The notes: generated from the letters alone by a model not told the origin. Counted from the stretch's first letter, positions 35,439 through 46,398 are shown. The stretch: 64,000 nucleotides of DNA from an uncultured Chloroflexia bacterium (GCA_963728205.1 CAVSIV010000006.1:384001-448000), one strand, 5' to 3'. Made by a program: numbers and translations.

Positions 35439-37625
35439 CTACGGCGCCGCGTCGAGCCGCTGCTGGTAGCTGCCGTCCACCGGCGCGATCCACTGCGCCG
35501 TCCCGCCCGCCGGCGGGTACGACGAGAACACCAGGAACCGGCCGTCCGGCGTCCACGCCGGCGCGAAGTCGTCGTCGGGGTCGTGCGAGATGCGCGTCAC
35601 GCCCGAGCCGTCGGTGCGCGCCACGTACACCTCGACGTTGCCGCCGCGGTCCGAGAGGAACGCGATGCGGCTGCCGTCGGGCGAGACGACCGCAGCGGCG
35701 TCGCCCTGCGTCGTCGCGACGTCGGCGGCCGGGTCGTGCGTGAGGTTCACGACGTCGCTGCCATCGGGCTGCATCAGGTAGAGGTCCCAGTCGCCGGTGC
35801 GCTTCGAGAAGAACGCGATGCGCCCGTCCGGGAGGTAGGCCGGGCCGACGTCGCGGCCGGGGCCGGGCGTGAGCGTCGCGGGCACGCCGCCGCCCGCGCC
35901 GACCACGAAGATGTCGCTCTCGGAGGAGTCGCGCGTCGACTCGAAGACGAGGCGCGTGCCGTCGGGCGACCAGGCCGGCGCGCCGTCGGAGCCGCCGGCG
36001 GTGGCGAGCGCGTACCAGCGGCCGCTCGCGACGTCCACGACGAGGAGGTGCGTCGGCGCGCCGGGCAGCGCGTTCGCCTGCACGCTGTCCATCAGCGCGA
36101 GGCGCGTGCCGTCGGGCGACCACGCCGGCGCGACCGGGTAGGCCTCGCCGTTCAGCCGCACGACCAGCCGCGCGCCCGAGCCGTCGGCGTTCGCCACCGC
36201 CAGCCACCACGCCCCGCCCGACAGCTCGTAGAAGGCGACGCGCGCGTGATCGGGCGACCACGCCGGCAGGAACGCCGGCGCCTCCACCAGCGGCACGGGG
36301 TCGAACGGCTCGAGGTGCGACACGCACAGTTCGCCGTTCGCGCAACTCACCGCGACGAGCGTCGACGGGTCGGGGCGCGCCGCCGGCGGGCGCGTCGAGC
36401 GCGCGATGCGCAGCAGGTCGACGAAGGGCGCGCCGGTGCTCTCGAGTACGGCCGCGACGCCGTGGTCGGCCCACGCGAGCCGCTCGCGGCCGTCGACCTG
36501 CGTGCGATAGCCGTCGACGCCGTCGATGGAGACGCGCGCGCCGACGCGCAGCGCCGCGGGGAGGCCGCCCGCCTGCAGCCGCTCGGTGAGCGGAATCACG
36601 GCGTCGTGTCCCGCCGCCACGGTGGCCGCCGCGACGGTGCGGCAGGCGTCGTCGGTCGACGTGGCGGAGCCGGAGCCGCGGAAGCCCGCCGGCAGGTAGC
36701 CCGGCTGGAGAAAGCCGGCCGGCATGTCGAACGAGCGCGTGCTACCGGAGACCGAGCAGGCGCCCGTCGCGCGCGGCGTCGCGGTCGCGCCGGCCGGCGG
36801 GCGGAACGTCGTCCGGGCGGGGTCGACGTAGGCGCCGGGCTCGAAGTCCGTCACCGTCGCGGAGTACGACTGCCCCCCGGCGCCGCCATCCACCGACCAG
36901 CGCAGGATCACCATGCGCTGCAGGTCGAGCCAGATGCGTCCCGCGCCGCTCGCCCGCTGCACCGCCGCGGGCGCGGCGGCCGTGCCGGCGGCAACGCCGG
37001 ACCCGGCGCCGCGAGCCGGCGCGCTGGCGGCGACCACGCTCGCCGCCGCGGGATGGAAGTCGAGGACGACGACGTCGCGGCCCAGCAGGCAATCGTCGCC
37101 CGCGACGGCGATCGACGGCAGCACGGGGCGCCAGCGTGCGAGGAAGTCGGCGAGGTCGCGGCCGCTCGTCGGGCCTACCGGCGCGTCGAAGGTCGGCGGC
37201 AGCACGGCGCCCGGCGGAAGCGCGGGCAGGTCGCTGCGGCGGTACTCGCCGGTGCGGTCGTCGTACTCCCACAGCGAATGCCCGTCCGCGACCGTGGTCA
37301 CGGTGCCGGCGTCGAGCGCGGGGTGATCGGTGCGGATCTCCCAGCGCCAGAGCGTCGGAGACTGGTACCACCAGCGCAGGGTGAGCTGCGACTGTGGGGA
37401 GCGGAACGGCTCGACCGCGGCGATCGACGGGTCGGCGGGCGCGGCCACCTGGACGGTCGCCTCGACGTAGAACGGACCCGCGGAGGCAAGCAGCGTGCCG
37501 CGCTCGCCGGGTCCCACGAGAACGAACGCCGCGAGCGCGCCGGCGACGACGACGCCGGCGCTCAGCGCGACCCACGGCAGCCAGGGGCGGCGAGCCGACG
37601 GGCGCAGACGCGCGGGGGCCACCAT
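35439..37625 (-). CDS. TM-anchored LolA-like + DUF4367-like + TolB/PD40 propeller protein
   Basis: RWWYQS..RWE, TVADG..WEYDD, LLGRDVVVL, RIWLD, FRPPAGA; PGYLPAGF domain; repeated PAWSPDG..F.S.R.G..DIF. Start could also be 37679. Confidence 0.8.
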   Translation of the reverse strand: MVAPARLRPSARRPWLPWVALSAGVVVAGALAAFVLVGPGERGTLLASAGPFYVEATVQVAAPADPSIAAVEPFRSPQSQLTLRWWYQSPTLWRWEIRTDHPALDAGTVTTVADGHSLWEYDDRTGEYRRSDLPALPPGAVLPPTFDAPVGPTSGRDLADFLARWRPVLPSIAVAGDDCLLGRDVVVLDFHPAAASVVAASAPARGAGSGVAAGTAAAPAAVQRASGAGRIWLDLQRMVILRWSVDGGAGGQSYSATVTDFEPGAYVDPARTTFRPPAGATATPRATGACSVSGSTRSFDMPAGFLQPGYLPAGFRGSGSATSTDDACRTVAAATVAAGHDAVIPLTERLQAGGLPAALRVGARVSIDGVDGYRTQVDGRERLAWADHGVAAVLESTGAPFVDLLRIARSTRPPAARPDPSTLVAVSCANGELCVSHLEPFDPVPLVEAPAFLPAWSPDHARVAFYELSGGAWWLAVANADGSGARLVVRLNGEAYPVAPAWSPDGTRLALMDSVQANALPGAPTHLLVVDVASGRWYALATAGGSDGAPAWSPDGTRLVFESTRDSSESDIFVVGAGGGVPATLTPGPGRDVGPAYLPDGRIAFFSKRTGDWDLYLMQPDGSDVVNLTHDPAADVATTQGDAAAVVSPDGSRIAFLSDRGGNVEVYVARTDGSGVTRISHDPDDDFAPAWTPDGRFLVFSSYPPAGGTAQWIAPVDGSYQQRLDAAP

Positions 37626-38100
37626 GCCGCGGTTCACCGTGCGTCGGTCCGGTGCGCCACCGTCGGCGCCCGTGCTCATCGCGGAGCGCCCCGGGCGCGC
37701 GACGGGCGGCGCGAGCCGATTGGCCGGAACGGCATCAGCGGTTCTCCCGGTGTCCACGCGGCGACAGGCTGCGGTGGGCGCGGCGGCGCCGCCCACGGGC
37801 GCCGCCCACCGAGCGCACGCTCCGCGACCGGCGGGCTGCCGGGCCCGTCGCATCTACGATCCGCAGGGTATCCCGGGGCGGGAAGAGCGACTCGAGTTCC
37901 TGCGGAAACCGGCGCCGAGGGTCCACGCGAACTGATGGTGCAGACCCGCGAGCGTCGCGCGCGCATTGCAGATGGCCGGCCCGCTGGCGAATGCGCTCGC
38001 GATCCCCTTGCAACTCCCCGATCCTGGTCCGAGCCGCACACGCTCACGGCAACCCGCCGCCGAACCCGATCGTTCCTCACCATTGCAGGAGGGGCCCGTC

Positions 38101-39120
38101 ATGCCCGTGCACGTTCGCCTCGCCCCGATCCCTCGCCGCGCCGGCTTGCTGGCGGGCGTCGCCGTCTTCGTCATCGCGCTCGCGGCCGTCGCCGGCGCGC
38201 GCACCGCGTCGGGCGCGGCCCTCTCCGTCGCGGCGTCGCCGTCGACGGTCGATGCCTCCGGCGTCGTGGTGCTCACGGTCGCCGCGTCCCCGACGGCGGG
38301 TGCGCTGACCGTGTCCACCGCGGCCGGCGCGCTGACGGTCGACGGCAGCCTCACGACGCAGTCGTGCGCGGGGGGCGCGGCGGCGTGCACGGGCGTGACC
38401 GGGAGCGGCACCGCCAGCGTGACCATCCCGCTCGCGGGGAACGACCTCTCGACCGTCGTGCTGACGTTCGAGGCGCCGGCCACCGCCGGCTCGACGGTCG
38501 TCACCGCGAGCCAGGCCGGCGCCAGAGCCACCGCCACCGTCACGGTGCGCGCGGCGACGGGCGGGCCGGGCACGATCACCGCGGGGTCGATCCCCACGAA
38601 CGGCGGGTTCGGGCTCGTCGTGTTCGGCGGCGGGACGTACGACCAGCTCGTGGCGGCCGCGGCCTGCCCCGGCCAGGTGTCGTTCTGGGCGACGAGCGGT
38701 GGGCAGTTCGTGCTCTACCTCCCCGGCGCGCCGGCCGCCGTGAACGCCCCGTTCCAGGCGATGTTCGCCGGCGGCACGATCCCGGCCGGCACGCCGCTGA
38801 TCGGGCAGTGCGTCGCGGCCTCGGGCGTCGAGGGCACGGTGACGCTCGGGCCGACCCAGCCGGTGTGCATCGCGGGCCAGCCGTGCTCGCGGCCGTACCA
38901 GGCGACGCTCGACGTCCAGGACGCGAGCGGGGCGCTCGTCGCGGAGACGCAGTCGGACGCCGCCGGACAGTACCGCCTGGGCCTGCAGCCGGGGCACTAC
39001 ACCATCGTCCCGCTGAGCCCCCCGGGGCAGATGCTGCCGCGCGCGGCATCGGTCGAGGTCGACGTGCCGGCCGGGCAGTTCGTCACGGTGGATATCGCAT
39101 ACGACTCCGGCATTCGCTGA
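38101..39120 (+). CDS. Secreted multi-domain beta-rich protein with C-terminal carboxypeptidase-regulatory-like domain
   Basis: RBS aggagg, signal peptide, GGFGLVVFGGG domain, GVEGTVTLGP..SDAAGQYRL.L.PG.Y. Confidence 0.75.
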   Translation: MPVHVRLAPIPRRAGLLAGVAVFVIALAAVAGARTASGAALSVAASPSTVDASGVVVLTVAASPTAGALTVSTAAGALTVDGSLTTQSCAGGAAACTGVTGSGTASVTIPLAGNDLSTVVLTFEAPATAGSTVVTASQAGARATATVTVRAATGGPGTITAGSIPTNGGFGLVVFGGGTYDQLVAAAACPGQVSFWATSGGQFVLYLPGAPAAVNAPFQAMFAGGTIPAGTPLIGQCVAASGVEGTVTLGPTQPVCIAGQPCSRPYQATLDVQDASGALVAETQSDAAGQYRLGLQPGHYTIVPLSPPGQMLPRAASVEVDVPAGQFVTVDIAYDSGIR

Positions 39121-39191
39121 CCGCAAGGCCTTCATTGCGGCGCCGGCCGGTCGATGCTCTAGGTATCTCCCCAGAGAACCGGAACCACACC

Positions 39192-39562
39192 TTGGACCGA
39201 CTCACGACCCACGTGCGCGCAACGCTCCGCCCGTGGCACGACGGCGCGCCGCCGGACCGCGTCCCCGAGATTTCAGCGGGGCCGCCCGGCTGCTCGGGAT
39301 CGGCATCGACGGGGCCACCCTCGAGGTCCACGACGACCTCATGGAGGGCGACGCGATTGCGATTGCGTTCGCGTATCGCAACCGCTCGTTCACGCTGCAC
39401 GCGACGGTGCTGACCGCCGAGGACGAGGAGGCGCCGGGCGACGACAACGCCCCGCCGACCGTCATCACCGTGCGCTTCGAGAACGTGCCCCCGCTGACGG
39501 CCGGCCGGCTGGCGAGCGTGCTCGACGCGCGGACGACCGCGCCGCGTCGCCGCGCCGGGTAG
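39192..39562 (+). CDS. Possible degenerate PilZ-like beta-barrel protein (start and frame uncertain)
   Basis: RLLGIGIDGATL..GDAIAIAF..LHATV..TVRFENV pattern; probable frameshift near 39265. Confidence 0.4.
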
Positions 39563-39689
39563 GCACGCCGGGTAGGCACGCCGGTTGCGGCCGCGTCACG
39601 ACGAGCCCAGGCTGGGCTCGCGACGCGGCACCCTCGCGCGCTGCAAGCAGGCGGCGCCCGCATCGGGTCGCGCGGAAGGACGTCCCGAC

Positions 39690-40938
39690 GTGCGCCGACC
39701 GGGCCTCCCGCGCCTCGCGGTGCTCACGCTCGCCGTCGTCGCGGCGCTCGCCGCCGGGTGCGCCTTGCGCGGCGCCGCGCCGTCGACCGCCACGCCCGCT
39801 CGGACGTCTGTGCCGACCGCCGACCCGACCGTCTCCGCCACACCCACGGCAGCGGCCACCGCCGTCGCAACGCCGCCGCCGACAGCGACCCCGCCGCCCA
39901 CCACGGACGCGGAGGTGCAGCGGCTGATCCATGCCGTCGAGTCGAAGGACGTCGACGCGCTGGCGTCCTTCGTCGCGTACACGCAGATCGCGTGCGGCAG
40001 CACGGCCGCGCTGGCGAGCCCGCCCGAGCCGCCGTGCGAGGACGATCCGCCGGGCACGCTCGTCGACGCCTTCTCGGCGGGCGTCTGCGCTCCCGTCTGG
40101 CACCGCGACGCGCGCCCCATGCTCGAGCGCTTCGTGGAGCGCGCGGGGCCCCTGTTCGCGGTGATCGACGGGCCGAGCCAGCCGGTGGAGTTCTCGCCGG
40201 GCGGCGCGGAGGGCCCGCGCGAGTCGCCTCCCGGCGACCGGCGCGTGGTCTTCACTGCCCAGCCCGCCGACGACGTGCTCGGGTACGTGGCCGTGCTCGA
40301 CGGTGGGCGGCTCGTGGCGCTCTGGCTGGGGTGCACCGGCCCCGACTGGCAGCTACTCCAGTGGGCGACGCCGCCCCCGGCGATTGGCGAGCGCGGCCCG
40401 GCGTTCGTCGCGTCGACGCCGGTCCCCACGCAGGCGCCGACCGCCAGCCCTGCCGAGCTCGCGGCCGTCCCGCGCGGGACCCACACGGGGATTCCGGCCG
40501 TCGACGCGATCCTGGACGCGGTCGCCACGCACGACCCGGCGCGGGTGCGGGCGGTGCTGGGGACGAGGCGGATGCAATGCACCTACGCCGGGGTCGTCGG
40601 CGGCCCGCCGCCCTGCGCGAACGGCGAGCAGGAGGCGACGCTCGTCGACGCGTTCCTCGAGGCCGGGTGCGAGGGCTACTGGGCGCCCCCCGATCCAGAT
40701 CGGGTGTCGCAGGCGATCGCGGACGTCGCCGCCGGCGAGCTCTACGCCGTCACCGCTCCCGGATCGTGGGAGACGTACGACATCATCTACAAGGCGGCGC
40801 GACGGCGGCCAGGTACTCGTCATCGACGGCGGCCGCGTGGTCGGCCGCATTGGTCTGGGTTGCGGGACCGCGGAGAGTTTCGCTCAGTCGAATGTGATCC
40901 TGCGCGGCCCGGCCTGGCCGGGGAACGAGGAGAGGTGA
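39690..40938 (+). CDS. Lipoprotein with two copies of a Cys-containing domain (frameshift near 40800)
   Basis: LAAGC lipobox; repeats C..PPC..TLVDAF..C..W..LFAV/LYAV..DGGR..LGC. Confidence 0.75.
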
Positions 40939-40940
40939 CG

Positions 40941-41231
40941 ATGTCTCAGCGCGCGACCCGGAACCCGGAATCCGACCTCGCCGTGCATCCCGGCGAGCTC
41001 CTTGCCGAGGAGCTGGAGGCGCGCGCGCTCACTCAGAAGCAGCTGGCAACTGCGATGGGGCGGCCGCCGCAGGCGATCAACGAGATCGTGCGCGGGCGCA
41101 AGGCGATCACGGCGGACACGGCGTTGCAGCTCGAGCAGGTGTTCGACATGCCGGCACGCTTCTGGCTCAACCTGCAGGCTGCGTACGACCTCACGCTGGC
41201 GCGAGAACGGCAGCGGCGAAACACCGCCTAG
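40941..41231 (+). CDS. higA: HigA-family antitoxin, orphan
   Basis: VHPGELL.EEL..LTQ..INEIVRGRKAITADTALQL..FWLNLQ..YDL. Confidence 0.93.
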   Translation: MSQRATRNPESDLAVHPGELLAEELEARALTQKQLATAMGRPPQAINEIVRGRKAITADTALQLEQVFDMPARFWLNLQAAYDLTLARERQRRNTA

Positions 41232-41289
41232 CCCTTCGGTCTCCGATGACAGCGGGCCGGCGGCGACCCCCGCCCCGGTCGACCGGCCC

Positions 41290-41694
41290 TCACGAGCGAG
41301 CGGCGTCGACCGGCGTTCCCTCCGCCTCTCGCGGCCCGGAGGTCAGCGCAGCGGCCAGTGCGGCGAGCGACACCAGCAGCAGCGGCGAGACGCCGGCGTA
41401 GAGCACCACGGTCGTGCCGTCCGCGCCGGGCAGGCCCCACGCGAGCACTGCCAGCTGGCCCAGCTGCGCGACGAGGACCGCGGCGACGGCAAGCCGGTCG
41501 GCCGCGCCGCGCATGGCGGCTCGCAGCAGGACCCGGATCGCGCGGCTCCAGCACCACGCGGCGGCGAGCGCCACCACCAGCGCGGCCGCGACGGCGACGG
41601 ACGGGCCGCGGAGCACCGCCGCTACGAGCAGCAGCACCGGCACGACCCACTGCGCGACGAGCGCGATGGCGGCGGGGCGCGAGAGGTCCGTCAT
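41290..41694 (-). CDS. Small four-TM membrane protein
   Basis: MTDLSRPAAIALVAQW...; hydrophobic throughout. Confidence 0.55.
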   Translation of the reverse strand: MTDLSRPAAIALVAQWVVPVLLLVAAVLRGPSVAVAAALVVALAAAWCWSRAIRVLLRAAMRGAADRLAVAAVLVAQLGQLAVLAWGLPGADGTTVVLYAGVSPLLLVSLAALAAALTSGPREAEGTPVDAARS

Positions 41695-42129
41695 TCGACG
41701 ATTCACGATGCGAGTATCCACTGCACACTCCGGGCGCGCGGCAGGCGTCCGAGCCTGCCGTATGCAGTGTGCACCTCCGCGAGACAGGTGGCGGCCCCTC
41801 CACGCGGGTCGACGCCGCCACTGCACACGGTGGGCGTGAAGCCCGCCGCGCGCGGAAGCTCCGCTTACGCGCCCGGCCGCTCCCGGCGGCGTGCCCGCCA
41901 TACGAACGCGCCCGCGCCGGCCACCGCCAGCGCGATCGCCGCGCCGATCGGCGCCGCGGCCATCCAGGGCGGGCTCGTTCCGCGGGACGATTCCGCGGCG
42001 TCGAGCGCCGCGACCATCGTCCACACCCCACCGACCGTGACACGCCGGGAGCACCGATCTACGTTGCGGGGGGATCGCAACGAACCGATCGCGGCGCGTC
42101 GGGCGGGCGCGCCAGGATGTGGACCACGC

Positions 42130-43917
42130 ATGGCTCGGCCCGCCCCGTGCGCCACCCGCCGCACCGTTGTCCGCCTCCGCCGGGGGCTCCTCGCGGTCGT
42201 GATGGTGCTCGTCGCGGCGGCGTGCGGCTCGCACGCGACCACGACGCCGCCGCCACAGACGACCCCGACTCGAACCGTCACACCCGGCCCAGCGACGGCA
42301 ACCACAACCGGCACGCGCGCGCCGATCGCCGACGGCGTTGCGCTCACGATCGCCCCGCCCACGCCCGTCCCGGCGAGCGAAGTGCTCTTCGCGCTCGTGA
42401 CGCATCCGGCGACGACCGGTCCGCCCGACGCGCTCGTGCGCGTCACGCACGACGCCGGCACGACGCACGTCGAGCCGATCTTCGGCGCCGGGGCAGCCGC
42501 CCCCGGGCCGGGCCATCCCATCGTGGGAGCGGCGGTGCTCGACGGTCAGCCGGTTGCGCTCGCCTGCCTCGACGGCGACTGCGGCGCGTCCCTCGCCACC
42601 ATGCCCGCGACCACGGCGATCTATCGCACGAGCGACCTGGGCGACACGTGGACCATCGCCGCGCGGCTCAACGGCGCGTTCACGATCGCCGGCTCCGACG
42701 GCCATCGCCTGCTGCTGCACCGCGCGCCGCAGCCGGGCGGCGCGAGTCCCGGACCGTTGTACGCCTGGTGGCCGGGCATGGAACCAGTCGTCGTCGCGCC
42801 GCACGACGCGGGCACGGGGCCGCTCGTGCTGCCGTCGGGCCGCGTGGCGTGGTGGCGCGGCGGCACGCTGCTGGACGGCGACAGCGCGGTCGGCGGGCTG
42901 GCGGCGACCGACGCCCACCGCCAAGCGCTCACCGCGGTGGACGCCGTCGCGAGCCCGTACGGGCGCATCGCGGTGATCGCCGCCGGGCACGCGGACGACG
43001 GCCGCCCGGAGACGCGCCTGGGCGCGCTCGACCTCGCCGAGGCGTTTGCCGTCCCGCCGGTCGCGTACGTGCTGGATTCCGCCGCAGCTCTCCATCGGGC
43101 TGCGCGCTTGGCTCGACGGCCACCGCCTGCTCGTCGAGGCCACGCTGCCGACCACGGCGCTCCCCGCCGCCGACCGGCCGTCGGGCTCGACCGCGACGCT
43201 GGCGGCGATCGTCGACGTCGATGCGGGGACGCTCACGCCGATCGCCGATCCCTTCGCGCATCCACCCGCGCCCGGCGCCGCCTACGACGTGATTGGCTCT
43301 GCCGGCCGCTGGCGCGACGCGCTCGCCCCGGAGCCGGGACTCGTCGACCTCGTGGACCAGGTGACGGCCGGCGGCGCCGACCGGGTCATCGCGCTCACGC
43401 GGCGGGTGCAGGCGCTCTGCTCGTTCCACGGCGAGGCCAACGACTACTGCCGCGCGCACGGGCTCGGCGCGCAGGACCATTTCTCGGCGATCGCCGTCGG
43501 CAGTTCGAGCGCGTGCGAGAGCTGCGAGATGCCGCCCGCGCCCGTCGAGGCCGCGCTCGCGGCGCTCTACCGCGACGGGTCCGTGCGACAGGACGCGTTC
43601 TGGGGCGGGTTCGCGCCATCGCCGACCGGGCCCGCGCCGGGCGGGGTGACGCTGGTCGGCGCCTGGGACGTCACGCAGGCGCCGCACGACCCGGCCGCGT
43701 TCGAGCCGGGACTCAGCTCGGGCTACGTGCTCGAGTTCCGGTCGCTGCGCGGAGCGACCGCCATCGGTGGCGACGACGCGACCGGCTTCCTGCTCTACGT
43801 CGACCCCGGCGCCGAAGCACCGATCGCGGCCATCCAGCCCGAGACGCCCGAGTGGAGCGGCGCGCGCGAAGCCGGCGCGCAGCGGCGGCGGGTGGCGGCA
43901 GCTGTACCGGCGATGAG
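42130..43917 (+). CDS. Hypothetical lipoprotein (frameshift near 43080; 3' end approximate)
   Basis: VAAAC lipobox, Thr/Pro linker, RTSDLGDTW Asp-box-like motif; continues in ORF 43046. Confidence 0.6.
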
Positions 43918-44705
43918 GTGCCGCGCGATATCGCTGATCGGGACCGCCGTCGTGGTGGCGGCGCTCCTCGCTGTGGCAGGGTGCTCACGGGGCGCGAGCC
44001 CGGCCGCGTCGCCGAGCGCGACGCCGGTCCGCGATCGGCGAGGCTCGCGCCGGCGACCAGCAGGCGAGCGCGCCGGCACCCCCGGCGGCCGGCGAAACTC
44101 GCGCCCTGCCCCGTCGCGCGGACGCGTGCCGGCTCGCCGCGGACTTCCTGCCGCTCGTGCGCGCCAGCGACGGCGACGCAATCGCGCGTCGCGCGGGCCG
44201 AATCACCTTCACGTGCCCACGGCGACGCCGACGCCCGGCGACGTCTTCGCGTATGCCATCGCCGCCGCGTGCGCGACCAAGCGCCCGGCGACACAGTCGC
44301 CGACGTACGAGTCGCACAACGGGAAGGGCGCCGTTCTACGTCGCGACGAGCGCGGCGATTCGCGGCGGAAATCGCAGACGGCCTGCGCAGTGCTGCATCG
44401 GGCGGGCGGCGGCCCGCTGAATGTCGTCGCCGTCGGATGCGGCGCGAACGACCCGGCGGGCCGGCCTGACTGCGGTCGCGCGGTTGTGGTCGTCATTCGC
44501 GTACCCGCGCGACGGCAGCAGCGGGACGCGGGCGTCTGCGGGCTCATCTTCAGCCGACATCGACGCGAGCCCTGGTGATGAAGACTTCGCCATGTGTGGC
44601 CGTCGCCTCATGCGGGTCCGCCTCTTTGCGTCAAGGACCATATGGAGCCTCTACGTGCCCGTCGGCGTGTCGCGTGCGGTGCTGCAACCGTATGTCCTCC
44701 ACTGA
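43914..44705 (+). pseudogene. Degraded or error-rich lipoprotein gene
   Basis: MRCRAISLIGTAVVVAALLAVAGC signal, after which the reading frame breaks repeatedly. Confidence 0.4.
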
Positions 44706-44818
44706 GGTCCGGGCCTGCGGCGGTCTGCCGCCGCTGTGGGTCCGCCCGTAGATCGGGGCCGCCGCCTCGCGCGTACCCTCTTCGCGCCGGCCGCCCGTGG
44801 CCGGCGGAGGAGGACACC

Positions 44819-45394
44819 ATGAGCAACCTGGGTCACGGCATCGCCGCGGTCGATGCGTTCATCGCCGACGCGCACCGCATCCTCGACGAGCACGGCGGGC
44901 CGACCGTCGCCGCATTCGAGGCGCTCGGCGAGCGTATGAAGCCGCTCGCGCGCCGGCGCGACCTCGAGGACCTGCGCGACGGCTCGCCGCTCCCCGGCAA
45001 CCGCATCTACAGCGAGCCCGACGGCCTCACGCTGATGCTCGCGACGTTCCCGAGCACCACCGCCGTGCACACGCACGGCACGTGGGGCGTGATGGTCGGC
45101 TACCGCGGCACCGAGCGGTACCGCCAGTGGGTGCGCGAGGACGACGGCGCCGAGCCCGGCCGCGCGCGCCTGCGGCTGCTGCGCGACATCGAGGTCCGCC
45201 CCGGCGACGCGGGCTGGTGGTACCCGCCGCCGAGCGACATCCACCAGCAACTGCCCGGCCCGGAGGGCGTGCTCGAGCTGATCCTGATGGGCACGCCGCC
45301 CGGCGAGCACCGGCTGTACTTCGACGTCGACGCCGGGACGTACGTCGAGAGCACGCCGTCGGAGCAGCACTACCGGGTCGCGCCGGCGAGCTGA
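44819..45394 (+). CDS. Cysteine-dioxygenase-like cupin
   Basis: TAVHTHGTWG..G.E....W and PPSDIH motifs; RBS ggaggagg. Confidence 0.85.
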   Translation: MSNLGHGIAAVDAFIADAHRILDEHGGPTVAAFEALGERMKPLARRRDLEDLRDGSPLPGNRIYSEPDGLTLMLATFPSTTAVHTHGTWGVMVGYRGTERYRQWVREDDGAEPGRARLRLLRDIEVRPGDAGWWYPPPSDIHQQLPGPEGVLELILMGTPPGEHRLYFDVDAGTYVESTPSEQHYRVAPAS

Positions 45395-45633
45395 ACGCGC
45401 GGGCTACCCAGGCCCGCCCCCACCGGCGGCGAGGAGATCGACGAAGATCCGGCGCCTTCCCGCGCCACCGCTATCGTGGCGGCGAGCAGAGCCGGCCGCG
45501 TGCCCTGCGAGCGCGACGACGAGGACCGCCGGGAGGTCGACGACGCCGGGCGCCTCGTCTTCACCGAGGCGTCCGGAACGATGCCGCACGTGAGCCCGCC
45601 GGCCCATCGGCGGCGCGGGCGTCCGCCACCCTG

Positions 45634-45664
45634 ATGATAGCGCGATGCCCCACGATGCTATCAT
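45634..45664. promoter_or_regulatory. TA operator and extended -10 promoter
   Basis: atgatagc..gctatcat inverted repeat; TG-c-TATCAT 6 nt before ATG 45671. Confidence 0.7.
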
Positions 45665-45670
45665 TCAACG

Positions 45671-45958
45671 ATGAAACAACTCATCACCCGCGTTGACGAC
45701 GAGCTTCACGAACGGCTCAAGGCACATGCTGCCGCCGAGGGCGTATCGGTGAACGCGCTCGTCACGGAGCTGCTCCGAGCGGGACTCGACTCCGGAGACG
45801 ACCGCAGCGGAGTGCGCGCGCGGATCCGCGCGACAGGCATGAGCGTCGTGTACCGGCCCTCCCGGCGACCCCCATCCCGAAACGCCGCGATCCGCTCGAC
45901 CAGAGGGGCGGGGTGCGCGGCAAGCGAAGCACTCGAGGCAGATCGCAGCCGTCGGTGA
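45671..45958 (+). CDS. Ribbon-helix-helix antitoxin (HicB-like RHH, VapB role)
   Basis: MKQLITRVDDELHERLKAHAAAEGVSVNALV; GTGA overlap with the PIN gene. Confidence 0.88.
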   Translation: MKQLITRVDDELHERLKAHAAAEGVSVNALVTELLRAGLDSGDDRSGVRARIRATGMSVVYRPSRRPPSRNAAIRSTRGAGCAASEALEADRSRR

Positions 45959-46398
45959 CGCTCCTCTATGCCGATACGAGTGCGCTGGTGCGTGCTTACT
46001 TCGAGGACGAGCCAGATCACGCTGAGCTGCGCGAACGGCTGCTCGAAGGAACGGAACCCGTCGTCACCAGCGAGCTGGCGAGGGTGGAGCTCGCGAGTGC
46101 GATCCGCGCGGCGGCGACCGCCGGCCGCATGCGCGGTCACGCCGGGTTGCTCGCCCGCATCGACGCCGACTGCGAGGAGAACGGGCCGATCGCGCTGCTC
46201 CGATTGCGCGCCCAGGCCGTGCTGCCGGTCGCCTACGACCTCGTGCGTGAACATCGACTGAGAACGCTCGACGCGATCCACCTCGCCGTCGCGCTCGAGG
46301 AGTGCCCCGTTCTCGCGCGGGACGGCGTGGTGGTATTCGTGACGAGGGACGAGGATCAGGCGGTCGCCGCCGCCGCCCTCGGCTTCGTTGTGAATTGA
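45955..46398 (+). CDS. vapC: PIN-domain toxin
   Basis: YADTSALV, LRTLDAIHLA, FVTRD..AA..LGF. Confidence 0.92.
   Translation: MTLLYADTSALVRAYFEDEPDHAELRERLLEGTEPVVTSELARVELASAIRAAATAGRMRGHAGLLARIDADCEENGPIALLRLRAQAVLPVAYDLVREHRLRTLDAIHLAVALEECPVLARDGVVVFVTRDEDQAVAAAALGFVVN

Noticed and set aside
35175-39413. 1412-aa plus-strand ORF and similar long Arg/Ala/Pro-rich ORFs (for example 9561..12431, 27221..30070)
   Set aside because: These are shadow frames of real genes in very GC-rich DNA and contain no domain motifs.
39553-39584. 13-bp tandem duplication cgccgggtaggca
   Set aside because: Only about 2.5 copies at a stop codon; most likely slippage with no evident function.
39585-41231. Lipoprotein-HigA fusion
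   Set aside because: Frameshift near 40800. The lipoprotein ends at 40938 in the other frame, and HigA has its own RBS (gaggagagg) and ATG.
41865-42020. Short minus-strand ORF ending in a TM segment and basic tail
   Set aside because: It resembles a C-terminal anchor remnant but has no convincing start or upstream domain.
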